Source: Tubulanus polymorphus
Taxonomy: Eukaryota > Animalia > Nemertea
Assembly (NCBI RefSeq): GCF_964204645.1
Contig: NC_134029.1
Coordinates: 19,400,950-19,464,949, forward strand
DNA: 64,000 nt
Direction of reading: 5' to 3'
Shown here piece by piece: positions 1 to 12,465 of the stretch. The position numbers and the translations under genes are program-made. Position 1 is the first letter of the stretch. Each line of letters begins with the position of its first letter. Under the pieces are notes generated by a model. It ran no database searches. It saw only the letters and a program-made list of their open reading frames with translations, and had not been told where the DNA came from.

Positions 1-103
1 TGAAGAAATAGAAGCTGCATACCACAAACGAACAGACGGATGACGACGGCTCACCCCCTAACCCATTAGCTTTGCTGACCTGTGGTCCCAGCGGAGCTAA
101 AAA
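1..103 (-). mobile_element. 5' end of a Helentron-associated non-autonomous element (HINE/DINE-like), truncated by the window edge, in a POLK intron
   Basis: The minus strand reads TTTTTAGCTC, then a short hairpin (GCTGGGACC ACA GGTCAGC), AGCTA, and a CCGTC/CTGT-type microsatellite. This is the same architecture as the element at 39879-40544. Confidence 0.55.
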
Positions 104-376
104 TTCAGATGATCTTTTAGGTAGAATGCTCGTGCTCATCTTCAGAGTATTCATTTTTATGATCAGTCACTGAATATACGTCTTGGAGACAACAATTTTT
201 GTCACGAATTAGGTTACATAGATACTTCAGGATATTTTATAACCGACCACCCCAATAATTATTTTGAAGATGGGCAGAAGCTTCAGCTTAATGATAATAA
301 CAACACTGTGCCAATGAAATCTATTTCATTATCTAAGATAAATTGTTAAAGCATTAGAATGCGATGAACAAATTAC

Positions 377-2520
377 CTGCGCTTGCTGTTAGTTTGGTCT
401 TCTGTTGGATTTTAAATCTCATTTCTCTCACTGCTTCAGCGACGGACGTACCGAAAACGATTACATTTTCACTCAAATTCTTATTGCACTTTGTGCAAAC
501 ATGAGTTGACCGATCACCCGTCGCGCCGCGCCGGTCGAGATCGTAGGAATCGCCCGCCATTTCATTTCCGTTCGCGTCGAGAAGCAGCTGATTCCCGGTC
601 GATGTTGTTCCGCAAACGCATCGATCCTCTACATCGGAATTCCGAACGAACGTTCGCCGCTCGAGCGGATAGTTTTTTCTCGCCGACACGTGCTTCGTTA
701 AATCCAAATACGCTTCGTCTAAACTCATCGGACAAAAATGTTCGTCGTATTCCGCGAGTACCGAACGTATTTCTTTACTGACCGACGTGTATTTCTCGAA
801 GTCCGGCGGCACGATTACCAACTCAGGACAAAGTTTTCGAGCGATAAATCCGGGCATGGCCGCGCGAACTCCGTATCTTCTCGCGATATAATTCGACGTT
901 GACTGGAAAAAAGATTTTTGAGAATGATTAATCATCTTTAATACCGGTACTACTAGATAACTTAAGATACTAAATTTCAATAAAAAATCTTATCAAATCT
1001 AATATAATAGGTAATCAATCTAAAGTTGATATGCACAACTTTTTTCATTTTTCTGAACAACACTATCAAATTTTCAAATCAAATCAAGCTCCGTAGTGTT
1101 TGTCAAACAGACCCCACAAGAATCCGGATCAAATTGATACACTTTGTAGGATATCTGAAGTTAAGAAGTTATGAGGCATTGCTAGCCATGGTCAATGAAA
1201 GCATCACATGAATTAGGGTCCCTTGCTCGCTGAACCAACTATCGAACCATGATTTTTGAGATGGCTACAACAATATTACACAGCTGAAGAGCTGGTCTCC
1301 TATAGGCCTAGATAGGCATGATTCTTCACTCTTCCTCATCTCTTCTTTCTTTCGCGTAAAACTTACCAACATGGAGTTTCCACCGACTGCCATCGGCTTG
1401 TCGCGCAGCGTTTCGTCGTCCCTCATTTCTACCGCCGCGTAGAATGCGTCCATATCGACGTGCACGATTATCCGATTCAATTCGCGTTCGCATTCTAGCG
1501 ATTCGATCATTTGTTCGACCTAGGTATGAAAAACAAAAGAGTATTCGTCAGCCTACTACAATTTAGTTCAGTAATAACGACTGTAAATACAGTATACATG
1601 TTACTTTCTTCTTTCTCTTAGCTTAACAAGGTTTATTAGTACTACATTCAGATTACATAAACCAAGGGCGGAGCCAGGATTTTTGTAAGGTGGGTGACCA
1701 GGGTACTGAAGGGCACAAAAGTAGTCGCGAAGGGCATTAAAGTAATCATGCATGAAGGGTACCCCAACATGACGAGTGCAACAGGCGCAAAGCCATCAAA
1801 GGGGGTCTGTTCAAAATTTTGAAATTTTGGTGTTCTCTTATTGACAGCTGCCATGATTTACATTTTTCTTGATGAAATTTAAAAAAAATGTTTTCCTAAA
1901 TTTTTTTAGGTCACCTAAAAAAATTTAGGGGGGGCTAGTCCTTTGGATTCAGTTCCACAGTTTCGAGTTAAGATTTGAGTTAACTAATTGAAAATGAACT
2001 TACTCAGAGTTAAACCTAACTCACAACTGTGGAACTGGGTCCTGGTCCATTTTTTCAATCAATAAGTCTTTAAAATTGTGAGCACTAAATAGTTAGCAGT
2101 CTCAAATAAGTTTACTGTTTTCTTAGTGTTTTAATCTAATTTAGATATCTAACAAATACCATGATTTTAGTTGAAGCTATCTGCTGCGGTGACACTTGTT
2201 CCAGAATTTGCTGTTGTTTTCGAATGCGTTCTCTAATTTCGTCTTCTTTCTTCAGTTCTTTTTCATAGAATTTCGAGCCTGAAATTGATCAGAAAATGAT
2301 AAAATAAATCATTTTCTTTAACATTTCAAACAAATATCCATCAAGTGTCGAGATCAATTCAAACAATTCATCATCGGTCTCGCCCAAATATACCTTTCGA
2401 AGCGTCAAAAATTATCTGATTAATTCTGGCTTTATCGAGTGACTGCATTCCAGCCTTGTTATCATTTAACGTCAAGCCCATCAGAGGCTTCTCTCCAATT
2501 GCTGAAGTTGAAGATGCCAT
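377..2520 (-). CDS. POLK: DNA polymerase kappa (Y-family), N-terminal coding exons; the gene continues beyond the window start
   Basis: Exons 2520-2394, 2278-2160, 1519-1367 and 902-377 have GT-AG boundaries and a continuous frame. Motifs: [30 protein letters not shown] (N-clasp), [48 protein letters not shown]. Confidence 0.96.
1950..2045. mobile_element. ~100 bp MITE (family B)
   Basis: Inverted termini CAGTTCCACAGTT...AACTGTGGAACTG. Related copies at 40556-40665 and 62412-62526. Confidence 0.75.
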
Positions 2521-3898
2521 ATTTCTTTCTTTTTGATAACTGCCCAAATAATTGTCACTGCCCAACCTACGTGCCTGGCTGGTCTCTAGAGGCTCGGCTC
2601 TGGTCTTGCCCAGTTACACTTACAGCGTTGTTAATTTCAAGAACTCTCTGAAAGATATTTAGATATTTAAAAGAAAATACTTCAATTTGTTCATTTGTCA
2701 TAAATTTTGGTGTGGACAGACAACAAGGGGTTTCACCCAGTCCTGAGAGTGGCCGGTTCGGGGCGCCCCGTATACTAAAGAGCTTGCGTCGATAGCGATA
2801 ATAATAATATATAGGCCTACCAACTGACAGTCTAAGGTTCTCGGCGAACAAGAGGTCCAATAAGGCAATATAATGAATGGTATCCCATGACCATGTAACA
2901 TGACAATTTTTTTGCCTTACACGTCTCTAACAATTAACTAACCACAGCCCCGCCCCGTGTTGGATTTAGATTATGCATTTCGTTGACGGCATTGATCAGT
3001 AGTGGCACCACATAAAACCGGCATATTTCCCTGCCCTGCACCAAACAAAATGCGTAACGTTGTTATCATGGTCGTGCAATAAGTAACCAGTATAGGCCGA
3101 TTTGGTTAAACCTACCCAGTGAGATTCATTTAGGATGTCACCTCGTAATTCCCGGGATTAACAGAATTCTGAGAGTTTTATTTTGGCAATTAGTTCGATT
3201 AGTTAAAATCCCCGACTTTGCAGCGGCGTACTCGCTTCCCTGTGCACGCATCACTCGCTTCCCTGTGTATGCATCCCTCGCTTCCTTGTGAATGCATATA
3301 TCGCTTCTCGGAGCCCGCCTCTCACTTCCCGCACTACATGCAAAATTGGTTCCTTCCTGAATTTCAAGGTTCTTTCTATTACGAACTCCATCGATTGTAG
3401 TTGTGTCAGCAAAAGAACTTGACTGTGGTCCTTCTTTATGTTAAAACTAGAAAATCCCCAAATTTCAGAGTCCTTTTGGAACATCGTGCGCATCCCGTCA
3501 ACAATGCAATAATCAAATTTGGCTCCGCGTCCGTTGAAAATGCTATTGTCCTCGTGAACAAAATTATAGTAGTTGAAAATTCGTCGAAGGCTGATAGATT
3601 CATGTTGTGGCTGTCTTCGGCTGCGACGAATGGACTAATTTTGAGGAATATCTAAGGAAATCTACACTTTTACTTTTGATCATGAAAAAAACGGACAGAA
3701 ATCCTTTCACATTTGCAAGAAATCCATGAAATTTCATGCTTTCGGTACTATTTCCAAGCGTTATTCAAAGAAAATAGAGGATGATAGAGTAAAAGTGCTT
3801 GAGAAAATCAAGATAATTTTGATGATTTACATATAACCGCGAAGTTGAGACTAACTTGAGAGTTGGCACCGAGGATAGCTGCGCTGTATTATATTAAG

Positions 3899-4820
3899 TG
3901 TCCAGTCATGAGAAACACATTGTGCTCTGGTCTTTCAAATAGTTCAATTTGAATTGAACCAGTTCAGAGGATTAATTCTTAGCATACGTTGAATTCACTA
4001 TACACGCGCATATGCGTATGTTCGGTCCTCGCGCGCGGTTAGGTGAGTTGAATTTAGAAATGTTTTTTTCCCAGAAAGCTACATCATTCAAAGAATTAGT
4101 CGAGTAAATTTAGTTCCACAATTTTAAGAACTGGTTCGCGAGGTTGCCGGTTCATTTCGGGAGTGATCTCACCCGGGCAACTGACCTATAAATATCGATT
4201 CTTCTAGTCGAAATCAAAATTTATACTGTACCAAATCGTTGATTTTTTTCAGATCGGTCATTCCTCACTTTTTCATCATCGGGATCTGATTGCTGCTCGT
4301 ACCGCCAGGCCGACTTAGCCAACTCTTGTGATCGAATTAATCCATGATGCTCCACACAGAAATTGGTGGTGAGTACTTTTCTTGTAACAGAAAATAATGT
4401 ACATGTACATGTGTTAAGTTAACAGTTCTAATAGCGATCGTTGCGGTTCTTTTAGATAAACTCTGTCCAGCAGGACCTGATTGCTTTCAATACATGTTGA
4501 CTTGGCCAACAAACGCATTGTGTGGACCTGATTGCTGCTACTGCATGCTGCGAACTAAAACTAACCTGGCCCAATAAATGACTCCTTTGATCTGAGTACT
4601 GTAGTCTGGACGTTACATCTCCCGAGGAAAATCTCACTAATCGAAATAATCCAAGAAGATGCACTTATAAATCAGTGAGTACATATCTTTCGGTTGTCGG
4701 GTTTAAGCTTATTCAAACAGATGGCCGACCCTCGTTACAGCAAACTCAGATACTGCAGACCCCTAACACTCTTAACTCGAATTAATTTGTGACCAGTGAT
4801 TTGTGTTTGATTTTAGCTAC
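3899..4820 (+). repeat. Dispersed non-coding module with splice signals, copy A1
   Basis: Similar to 10578-11980(+), 15578-15870(-) and 18260-19528(-). GTGAGT donors at 4043, 4369 and 4675; pyrimidine-rich AG acceptors at 4251 and 4454. Confidence 0.85.
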
Positions 4821-5266
4821 CAAGTCAAATTATATCGACATCTCATTTTACGTTATATACATGTATTAATATTATATAATGCCTTCAATACTGTATTTGA
4901 TTATTCTTTGCTTGAATGACTCCGGGCAGTGTGTAAGTCGTTCCTAGTTCAACCAGTTCGCATCATCAATTCGAGATAAAACCCGGACGACCAGTACTGT
5001 CGATTCGATGACAAATTGTACAGTTTAGCACTCTGAAATATACAACAAACAGTATCGTGAAATGCCATGCGTTTTGTTTTCGTTGTCTGGCTGCTAATAT
5101 CGTCTTGGTGCTTTCTGACCGTAACAATATACATATGTAAGTTCATAGAACCTATATGGTAAGTTATAGATGATTGTTCTAACAATGATTTCATAGTCGA
5201 TTTGCAACCAAGCATGTGGTGAATTTATCCTGGATTTATCGATTCAACTATAATTCAACCGTAGAC

Positions 5267-6319
5267 ATGGTCGTGGTGGTGACGATAATAACAGCTAATA
5301 GCTCGCATCAGTGTCCGCTGCAGCCGTTCGCTCCGATCATTATAACATCCGTGGCAATTTTACCGACAGGAATTTTAGGTGTAATACTGGATGTGATCAC
5401 TGTATTTGTCTATCGTCGCATTGCCAGAGCCCAATCGAACAAAGGCTTTCACTCATCCACTTGGCTCATGCAGCTGTGGGCTGGTTTTGACGCAGTGGCG
5501 CTTTCTACCAGTTATCTGGCTTTCTCACTCCGATACACGGCCGCGCTAGTTACTTATGGCGAACTTGCATTTCACATTCATAAAGGCAATATTTTTCCAC
5601 ATTTCTACTTATCCGCTTCAGCTGGGGTAGGTATGGTGCTCAAGACTACAGAACCATGGATGATCGCGATGCTTACAATTGATAGATTTTTGCACGTTTA
5701 CGATCCGTTCAGAGCCCCACAGTGGACCAGCGAATTCAACTTGTCTTTAAGTTTTGGTTTCATATTATTTTGTTCCGCATTTCAGAGAGTTTTACTATTG
5801 ATGCCTTTTCCTGCATTTAAGCCAATGGACAGTATTGACTTGGTCCCAGTCAGTTGCCCTTACGGATTACCCGGTTATAAAACATTCTTTAGGAGGAATA
5901 ACGTGGAGAAATTTCTATCGAGATTTCGTATAGGTATATACGGTGTATTAATACCCATATCGATCATATCAATGTTCAGTATTGGTATTCTGATTGTAGT
6001 TTCTAAAAGCGCCCTTTCGATTAAACGAAATGTTAGTATTCCTAAATTTCACAATGCCCGAGCAACCGCCGTCGTACTTTCAATTGTGTTTAGCTACCTG
6101 TTACTCAAGGGACCTGCTGCTATGATACATGTCTTTAAGGGTGTCACACCACAGGGTAAAGCCTTTAAAGCCCTATACAAGCGACCGTGGCTTTACGCAT
6201 TTACACGGAACATCGGTTCCTTTACCGGTATCGTCAATTTCATAGTCTTTTCATTTATTAACCCTACATTCAAAAATGAACTCCGGCACATGTTGTACCG
6301 TAACAAGAGGAAAAAATGA
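5267..6319 (+). CDS. Intronless class A (rhodopsin-like) GPCR, peptide-receptor/Srw-like chemoreceptor type, ~350 aa
   Basis: Seven hydrophobic segments, LTIDRF (DRY-equivalent), H-V-Y-D-P-F-R-A in ICL2, and TM7 VNFIVFSFINPTFKNEL. The first ATG is at 5267; the ORF track starts at an upstream GTG. Confidence 0.9.
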   Translation: MVVVVTIITANSSHQCPLQPFAPIIITSVAILPTGILGVILDVITVFVYRRIARAQSNKGFHSSTWLMQLWAGFDAVALSTSYLAFSLRYTAALVTYGELAFHIHKGNIFPHFYLSASAGVGMVLKTTEPWMIAMLTIDRFLHVYDPFRAPQWTSEFNLSLSFGFILFCSAFQRVLLLMPFPAFKPMDSIDLVPVSCPYGLPGYKTFFRRNNVEKFLSRFRIGIYGVLIPISIISMFSIGILIVVSKSALSIKRNVSIPKFHNARATAVVLSIVFSYLLLKGPAAMIHVFKGVTPQGKAFKALYKRPWLYAFTRNIGSFTGIVNFIVFSFINPTFKNELRHMLYRNKRKK

Positions 6320-8388
6320 GATAGAAAAATTCAGGGGTTCCTATTTTTCATTGTGAAGAGCTTTCGGATGGGACTAAAAATAGACTCATGTTGTAATTGC
6401 AATTTTGCATTTCTCAATGATAAATGTATTGTTGCTTTTCATTTCGTTCAACAATGAATTACCTATTATATAATAAACAACTATTGTTTATCAATAAGTA
6501 TACAGTATTATTGTCTTAAAGTTCATGAACAGGATTTTGAAATTTACTGTATACCTAACAAGCTCCACGCCCTTGTTAGTTGTCTGTATCCCGGTGGCTG
6601 GTTGCAGGTTTCACCGTCACATATTATCACAAACCACACATACATGTATGGTGTAAGCCCATACGATCATAAAGCATACATCGCCAACGATGCAGACGCT
6701 CCGTAACACGGGTAGTCCTCCGTCACGGACCACCGAGCGAATCTTATACTGTAGTCAGCAACCTGTCTGATGGCGACCTTCATTTGGGGGCATGCTTGGA
6801 TCCCAAATGGTAAAACTCCCCCCGCCCACCAAAAAGACCACATTTCTAATAGCTACAATAATACTGAATCAGAATATATATAGTTTTCCTATGTTTATGA
6901 TTATACACAGCAATAAAGTTGAAAACCGGATAATTATGACCAAAATTAAATCAGTGAAATCTAAGAATTTCTTAATTTATTATTACACGTGGATAGGGAT
7001 TTATAATGTATATATAATGTCCCAGTAGTGTATCTAATTAAAACCTGTTTAAAATCGAGGTAAGGCTTTTAACGATTTCAGTTGTGGTTAGATTTTTAAA
7101 TTGATAGTTCACTGTATAATTGTGACAGCGGTTATTATTGATTTGTCACCAACGGGATCTTTGAATTCCGCTTGAGTGATAGAATGTTTAACAAATCGTC
7201 CAAGAAATAACGAGTCGCAACACACAGAGTTCCTGCCTTCAGAATTACTTTTATTACACGAACTGATCTCAACGATCTAGATGGTTACAGCGGTCTCCCT
7301 TAACCGTTCAAAACAACAAGTATATATAGTTCACTTCTTAATTATCTAATCAATAAACCCATTACCAAAACAGTAAAAATTGTCGTTAGCTCAACCTGCG
7401 TTGGACGAAAAACCATTCAATCTCACTTCAGGCAAGCTGCCCAGAAAATTAGTTCCTTCCTTGAGCGGTTCCAAAAGGTCTCCCTATCACGAATCAGCTC
7501 CATCGATTGTAGTTATCTTGACTGACTGCGGTCCTCCTAAAACCTCCAAATGAGTCACTTTCAGGAAAACCGCCGTCAGTTTGTCCAAAATCACTGATAT
7601 ATTGCTCTGTGGGGATTTTTTTTATTATGAAAATAAAGACATAGGCCTAGCTGGAAAAGCTTTTATTGTGAAATTTCTAAGTGGACCCTGAGCCATTCCA
7701 CCTGATATACGGGTTCCGGAACAACGGCTAAGATACTAGACCAAGCCGCGGCTGTTTGTCAAGGGCCGAAACGTTATGGATTCATTTTTATCAAATGACA
7801 TTCGAATGTGGGACTTTTTCATTTAAAATGTGAATTGCATAATTTTCAAAGCGCATCACCACCGCCAAAAATTCGACTAAAACCCCATTTTTCAATCCAC
7901 GCCATATCTACGTGGCTTCGTGCTGTTTCATTAAATGGGAAATCCGACATTTCTGACATTCCCCGCGGAAATCTACGAACATTTACAGAAAAATATTTCA
8001 ATTAAAATAACCATGTTCAATGGGAATTCCGGAATACTGTTTCCATTACTGTTTCATTATTCCATATAAAATTCATAAACCAGCACAAATTTTACACTGC
8101 TCAAGAATTATAAGTTCATGCCCGGATCCCGAACGCGATTTTATGTACCGCGTATTGCTGAACTTTCAAGCGTTTTAATAAATGCAGCTCATACGGCGGT
8201 TTTTAGCACAATGCAAAATTTGTTCATTCAAATTTTGCCACACGATTTAGAGTTCCCGGTACCTGTATATTGTAAGACAAAAAACGTGATATGTGAAATA
8301 CCTTCCCAAGTGTTGAGTATTCAATTTGTGCGTTTATCAGGCTGGAATGATTGTTTGGCAATAGTAAGCAGATTGAAGCGCTAACTTT

Positions 8389-9366
8389 TCAAACGAGTTT
8401 CTTCAGGGTGTGGAGAAACTGTTTGTTAACTATACAATACAGAATGAAATTAACGCACGAATCTACGTCACCCGATATATGAGCTATATCAAACGCCACC
8501 TCCCAGATAACCGCATTCGGCAACGCGTAAGAGCGCACTTTCGAAAACGTTTCGGGCATTTCCAACAGAAGAAAAGTTATACTCATCGATATTACCATAC
8601 GAGTGGCTTTAGAATCGCCTTTCAACGTTTGTTGCGAGCCGGTGCCCCCTAATTTCTTTCGTTGTCTAAATTTTACGCATAATGTCGCGATAAGGGCCGT
8701 GTTTACGATGAGAATTATCGCGCTCGGAAATATCAATCTGAAAACGGGATCCAGGAGCTTGTTGCAAAGAAAATATATTTTCGGGTTCTTAGAAGCAATA
8801 CGGTATTGTTGGCCGTAACAGGGATTCGTATAATCTTCTATTTTAACGCTCAATGGAAAATATATAGACCACAAAAAGAACGACAACGTCGCCACGGTGA
8901 TGATACGGTTCATACGCTTTTTTGTCCACCATTGACTGGCTTTTAACGGGAACAGAACGGTCAGAAGTCGTTCTAACTGTATCAGAACTGTCAACCAGTT
9001 GCGTTGGTACATGAATCCGAACCGCAACACGCGCGCTCCGTAGGCGTACATTTTCGGGTAAATGTGGAATGGATCGATAAAAACGTTATCACCGTAATTT
9101 ACGTAAAACAACAAATATCTCAGAGTATCGGCCAGAAAGTGACTCAACAGTAAACTGATATCGGCAATCGCGAGGCATTTTAACAAGTGTATTGAAGGGT
9201 GTGACGATTTCAATCTGGTAAAAATAGCGATGATTAAAGAATTCATAACCAATCCGGTGAGCATAATTTGAGGAAGTACGAATACGTTGATGTAAAATCG
9301 ACCAGACCATTCGTCATACTGCTGGACGCAAGACTCTTCTCGGGTTAGGTTCCGTACTGCGACCAT
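8389..9366 (-). CDS. Intronless class A GPCR, FMRFamide-receptor/Srw-like type, 325 aa
   Basis: TM1 GLVMNSL, TM2 LKCLAIAD, TM3 RNWLTVLIQLERLLTVLFPLKA, TM6 TFLLLEMP, TM7 DSCVNFILYCIVNKQF. Confidence 0.92.
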   Translation of the reverse strand: MVAVRNLTREESCVQQYDEWSGRFYINVFVLPQIMLTGLVMNSLIIAIFTRLKSSHPSIHLLKCLAIADISLLLSHFLADTLRYLLFYVNYGDNVFIDPFHIYPKMYAYGARVLRFGFMYQRNWLTVLIQLERLLTVLFPLKASQWWTKKRMNRIITVATLSFFLWSIYFPLSVKIEDYTNPCYGQQYRIASKNPKIYFLCNKLLDPVFRLIFPSAIILIVNTALIATLCVKFRQRKKLGGTGSQQTLKGDSKATRMVISMSITFLLLEMPETFSKVRSYALPNAVIWEVAFDIAHISGDVDSCVNFILYCIVNKQFLHTLKKLV

Positions 9367-10218
9367 CTCGACTGTTTGTTGTTACCACGATAACGTCAGG
9401 ATTTCCACGCTATTTGCGCAGCATTTATTCCCGCATTATTGGCCACACCGGGTGCATTCTTTCTAGTCTAACGGGCGTCGGCTGCCTGGACTCTCATAGT
9501 GGCTGCGATCATCCGAGATCGCGTCGAAAATATTCCGCCGCACGTAAAAACAATCTCGACAATTCAGGCTCAACTTTCGTTAGATTGACGTTTAAAAAGA
9601 CCCGTTCAATAACGGTTAATTTCAGGCAGTTCTTTGCCGAAAGATCGACGAAAACGCTCGCGATTTATAAATGATACACCGAGAATGAGAGAATATTTTT
9701 CTTGCTCACAATCTTCGAACTGGCAGCCTTTCAAAGACTTACTTGTTCAACGGGCTCAATTTTCCTCCATTAGAAGATCGATGAAGTTGCAATTTGATGA
9801 TAGAACGATTGCATCCATTATCAGAACGGGTTACCTCGATCGATCGATGTGTGTTGCGTAAAAACTTAAAACTGCGATATCAACAGTTGAATAAGTGTAT
9901 TCCTAGCCTTGTCATTTATTCGTGATGTACAAAGTTACTAACTGGTTATGTTTTGTTATTGGGCAACATTCCGCCTAGTAATTTTTTAAACTCTAAGCAA
10001 GTTGCTGTGATGGGAATTCTACGAGTTTGTTGGTATGGCTTATGATTCTTTAATTGAATCAGAACCCATTCTTTCGCTCATTATCTTGAATAGTCAGCAC
10101 GCGTCTCGCTAAGGTGTAATCAGTTCAAACGCACGTCTGTAACAGCTGCTTTACCAAATACATTTCACGATAAAAAAAATTGTAAAAAAGTTTCTCGGCA
10201 GAAAGATGCCTAAGATAA

Positions 10219-10402
10219 AGTCAGCCCCGATAACGCCCACATCGGCGCAGAACGATTTTGGCGGTATAGAGAGTACGGCGGTATATCGGGGTGTTTTACT
10301 ATGTATTTGTATAGAGATGTATGTACATTGAGAAAATCTTACGGTAGGCGGGGGGGGGGGGTGGCTGTGTATGGGAGGGCGGTATATAGGGGGTTGATCG
10401 TA
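10219..10402. mobile_element. Degenerate Tc1/mariner-type MITE
   Basis: Imperfect inverted termini (AGTCAGCCCCGATAACGCCC ... GGGCGGTATATAGGGGGTTGATCGTA) with internal GGCGGTATA repeats. Duplicated at ~27277-27456. Confidence 0.45.
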
Positions 10403-10577
10403 TATACTAACCTGCCGAGTTCTGGGTGTTAAATATTTGGGTGGGACTACAGGTAGTCATCGGATTCCGAGATGATTCAACTTGACAGGATTCTAAATTG
10501 ATATTAGTTAAGAATATGCTTAAAGGTTAGAAACAAAATGTACAGGGTCAGTCTGGTATATGTATTCTAGCTAAAGG

Positions 10578-11980
10578 CGAGATGTCCTGTCCAATGAACC
10601 GCCGCATTCAAACCAGTTCATATCGTGTCCAGTCATGAGAAACACATTGCGCGCTGGTCTTTTAAATAGTTCGATTTGAATTGAACCAGTTCAGAGGATT
10701 AATTCTTAGCATACGTTGAATTCACTATACTGCGCATATGCGTTTGTTCAGTCCTGGCGCGCGGTTAGGTGAGTTGAATTTAGAATTTTTTTTTTCAGAT
10801 AGCTACATTATTTAAAGAATTAGTTGAGACATTTAGGTCCACAATATCAAGACTATGACGAGAGAAATCCCACAATAACAATGGGCTTTGTTATTGTGGG
10901 ATTTCTCTCGTCATCTTCATACACGGATATTGTGTATCTTCACGTCTAATCAAGAACTATGGTTGGCGAAGTTGCCGGTTCATTCCGGGTGTGATCTCAC
11001 ACGCACAACTGACCTATAAATATCGATTCTTCTAGTCGAAATCAAAATTTACACTGACCTAATCGTTGATTATTTTTTTCAGATCGGCCATTCCTCACTT
11101 TTTCATCATCGGGATCTGATTGCTGTTAATAGCGCCAGGCCGACTAAACCAACCCTTGTGATCGAATCAATCCATAATGCTCCACACAGAAATTGTCGGT
11201 GAGTACATGTGTTGTTTTTTAATCTTGGAGTAATCGTTTAACAAATGATCACTCCAAGATACTGTATGTTACAGACTATAATGTAGTATCAAGTCAAGTT
11301 AACAGTTCTAATGGTGATGGTTGCGGATTTTTCAGATAAGGCCTCCTCTGTCAGCCTGAGTCCAGGACCGGATTGCTTTCAATACATGTTGACCTGGCCA
11401 ACAAACGCATTGTGTGGACCTGATTGCTGCTACGCATGCTGCGAACTAAAACTAACCTGGCCCAATAAATAACTCATTTGATCTCAGTACTGTAGTCTGG
11501 ACGTTACATCTCTCGAGGAAAATCTAACTCATCGAAATAATCCATGAAGCTCCACTTATAAATCAGTGAGTACATATTTTATCTCTTTGTTGCATATGAT
11601 ATTTAGGTTAGGTCGAGTTTAAGGTTATTCAAACAGATGGACCCTCGTTACAACGAACTCGGATACAGTAGGCTTCTAACACTCCTCTTAACTCGAATTA
11701 ATTTGTGACCAGTGATTTGTGTTTGATTTTAGCTGAAAATTCGATAGAATTGAATTAATTGGTATTCTACAGTATAATTGCAATGCTTTCGAAATTTGTT
11801 TGATTCGGCATATACTTTAGCTGATAATTTGACAAACCGAATTGATATTCTATTGTTGCAATGGTTTCGAAATCTGTGTTCAAGATTATTTTTTTCTTAT
11901 GATTCAGCTTTAATGGATAACAATTTGTCGGATAAACCTGATTATGAAAAATTACTTGTAAAACCGGTTCAATCGCCTAA
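10578..11980 (+). repeat. Dispersed non-coding module, copy B1 (longest plus-strand copy)
   Basis: Shares GCGAGATGTCCTGTCCAATGA...GCGCATATGCG...GCGCGGTTAG|GTGAGT and both downstream exon-like blocks with the other copies. Confidence 0.85.
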
Positions 11981-12294
11981 GACATGTATACTTTGTGTGC
12001 CATAGTTCAGTGACACGCGCTCAATCGTCCAAAAACATATTGTTTGATTCAATTGATTGATTGTATCATTCCTATATTTTTGAAAATACACCTCAAAAGA
12101 TCTTACCGGTTAAGGACGGTTAACCGGTTTCGAGCGAAAATATTTTCTGGACTCGCATGAAGTTCGGGTTTGACTATTTCACTGAATGGCTTCTTATCGT
12201 AACGATTTAAAAATGTACGGATCGGGTTCTCGAAGATTGTGGATACCAGGATGGTTCTGAAAAATTCAAAAGATGTCGCCTTCGCTAATTTACA

Positions 12295-12465
12295 CTTGTC
12301 GTAGAGTTTTCTCAGGAGATTCAGAACTTGGTGGTCACAGGACGGCGCTCCGGCAAAGCGGCGAAATTCATGAAATTACAGACTTTTTACTGACTGGGTT
12401 TTTGCACTTTGCGACCGACGGATGGTCACTCCGTTCACCAGACGTAAAGTCTTGCCACTGCTGTC
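12295..12465 (+). pseudogene. Tc1/mariner-superfamily transposase fragment, frameshifted; present only in unit 1
   Basis: Reads FRTWWSQDGAPA (compare the W-x-QQDGAPAH catalytic-D motif), then after a frameshift GWSLRSPDVKSC (compare WPPRSPDLNPCD). Absent from the equivalent point in unit 2 (~29030). Confidence 0.7.

Noticed and set aside
4253-4674. Protein-coding reading of the module exons (recurring DLIAA peptide)
   Set aside because: Stops and frameshifting indels differ among copies, and there is no shared ORF.
5216-5266. GTG-initiated N-terminal extension of GPCR1, and other TTG/GTG starts in the ORF track
   Set aside because: This is a eukaryotic locus, so the first in-frame ATG (5267) or splice acceptors explain the true starts.
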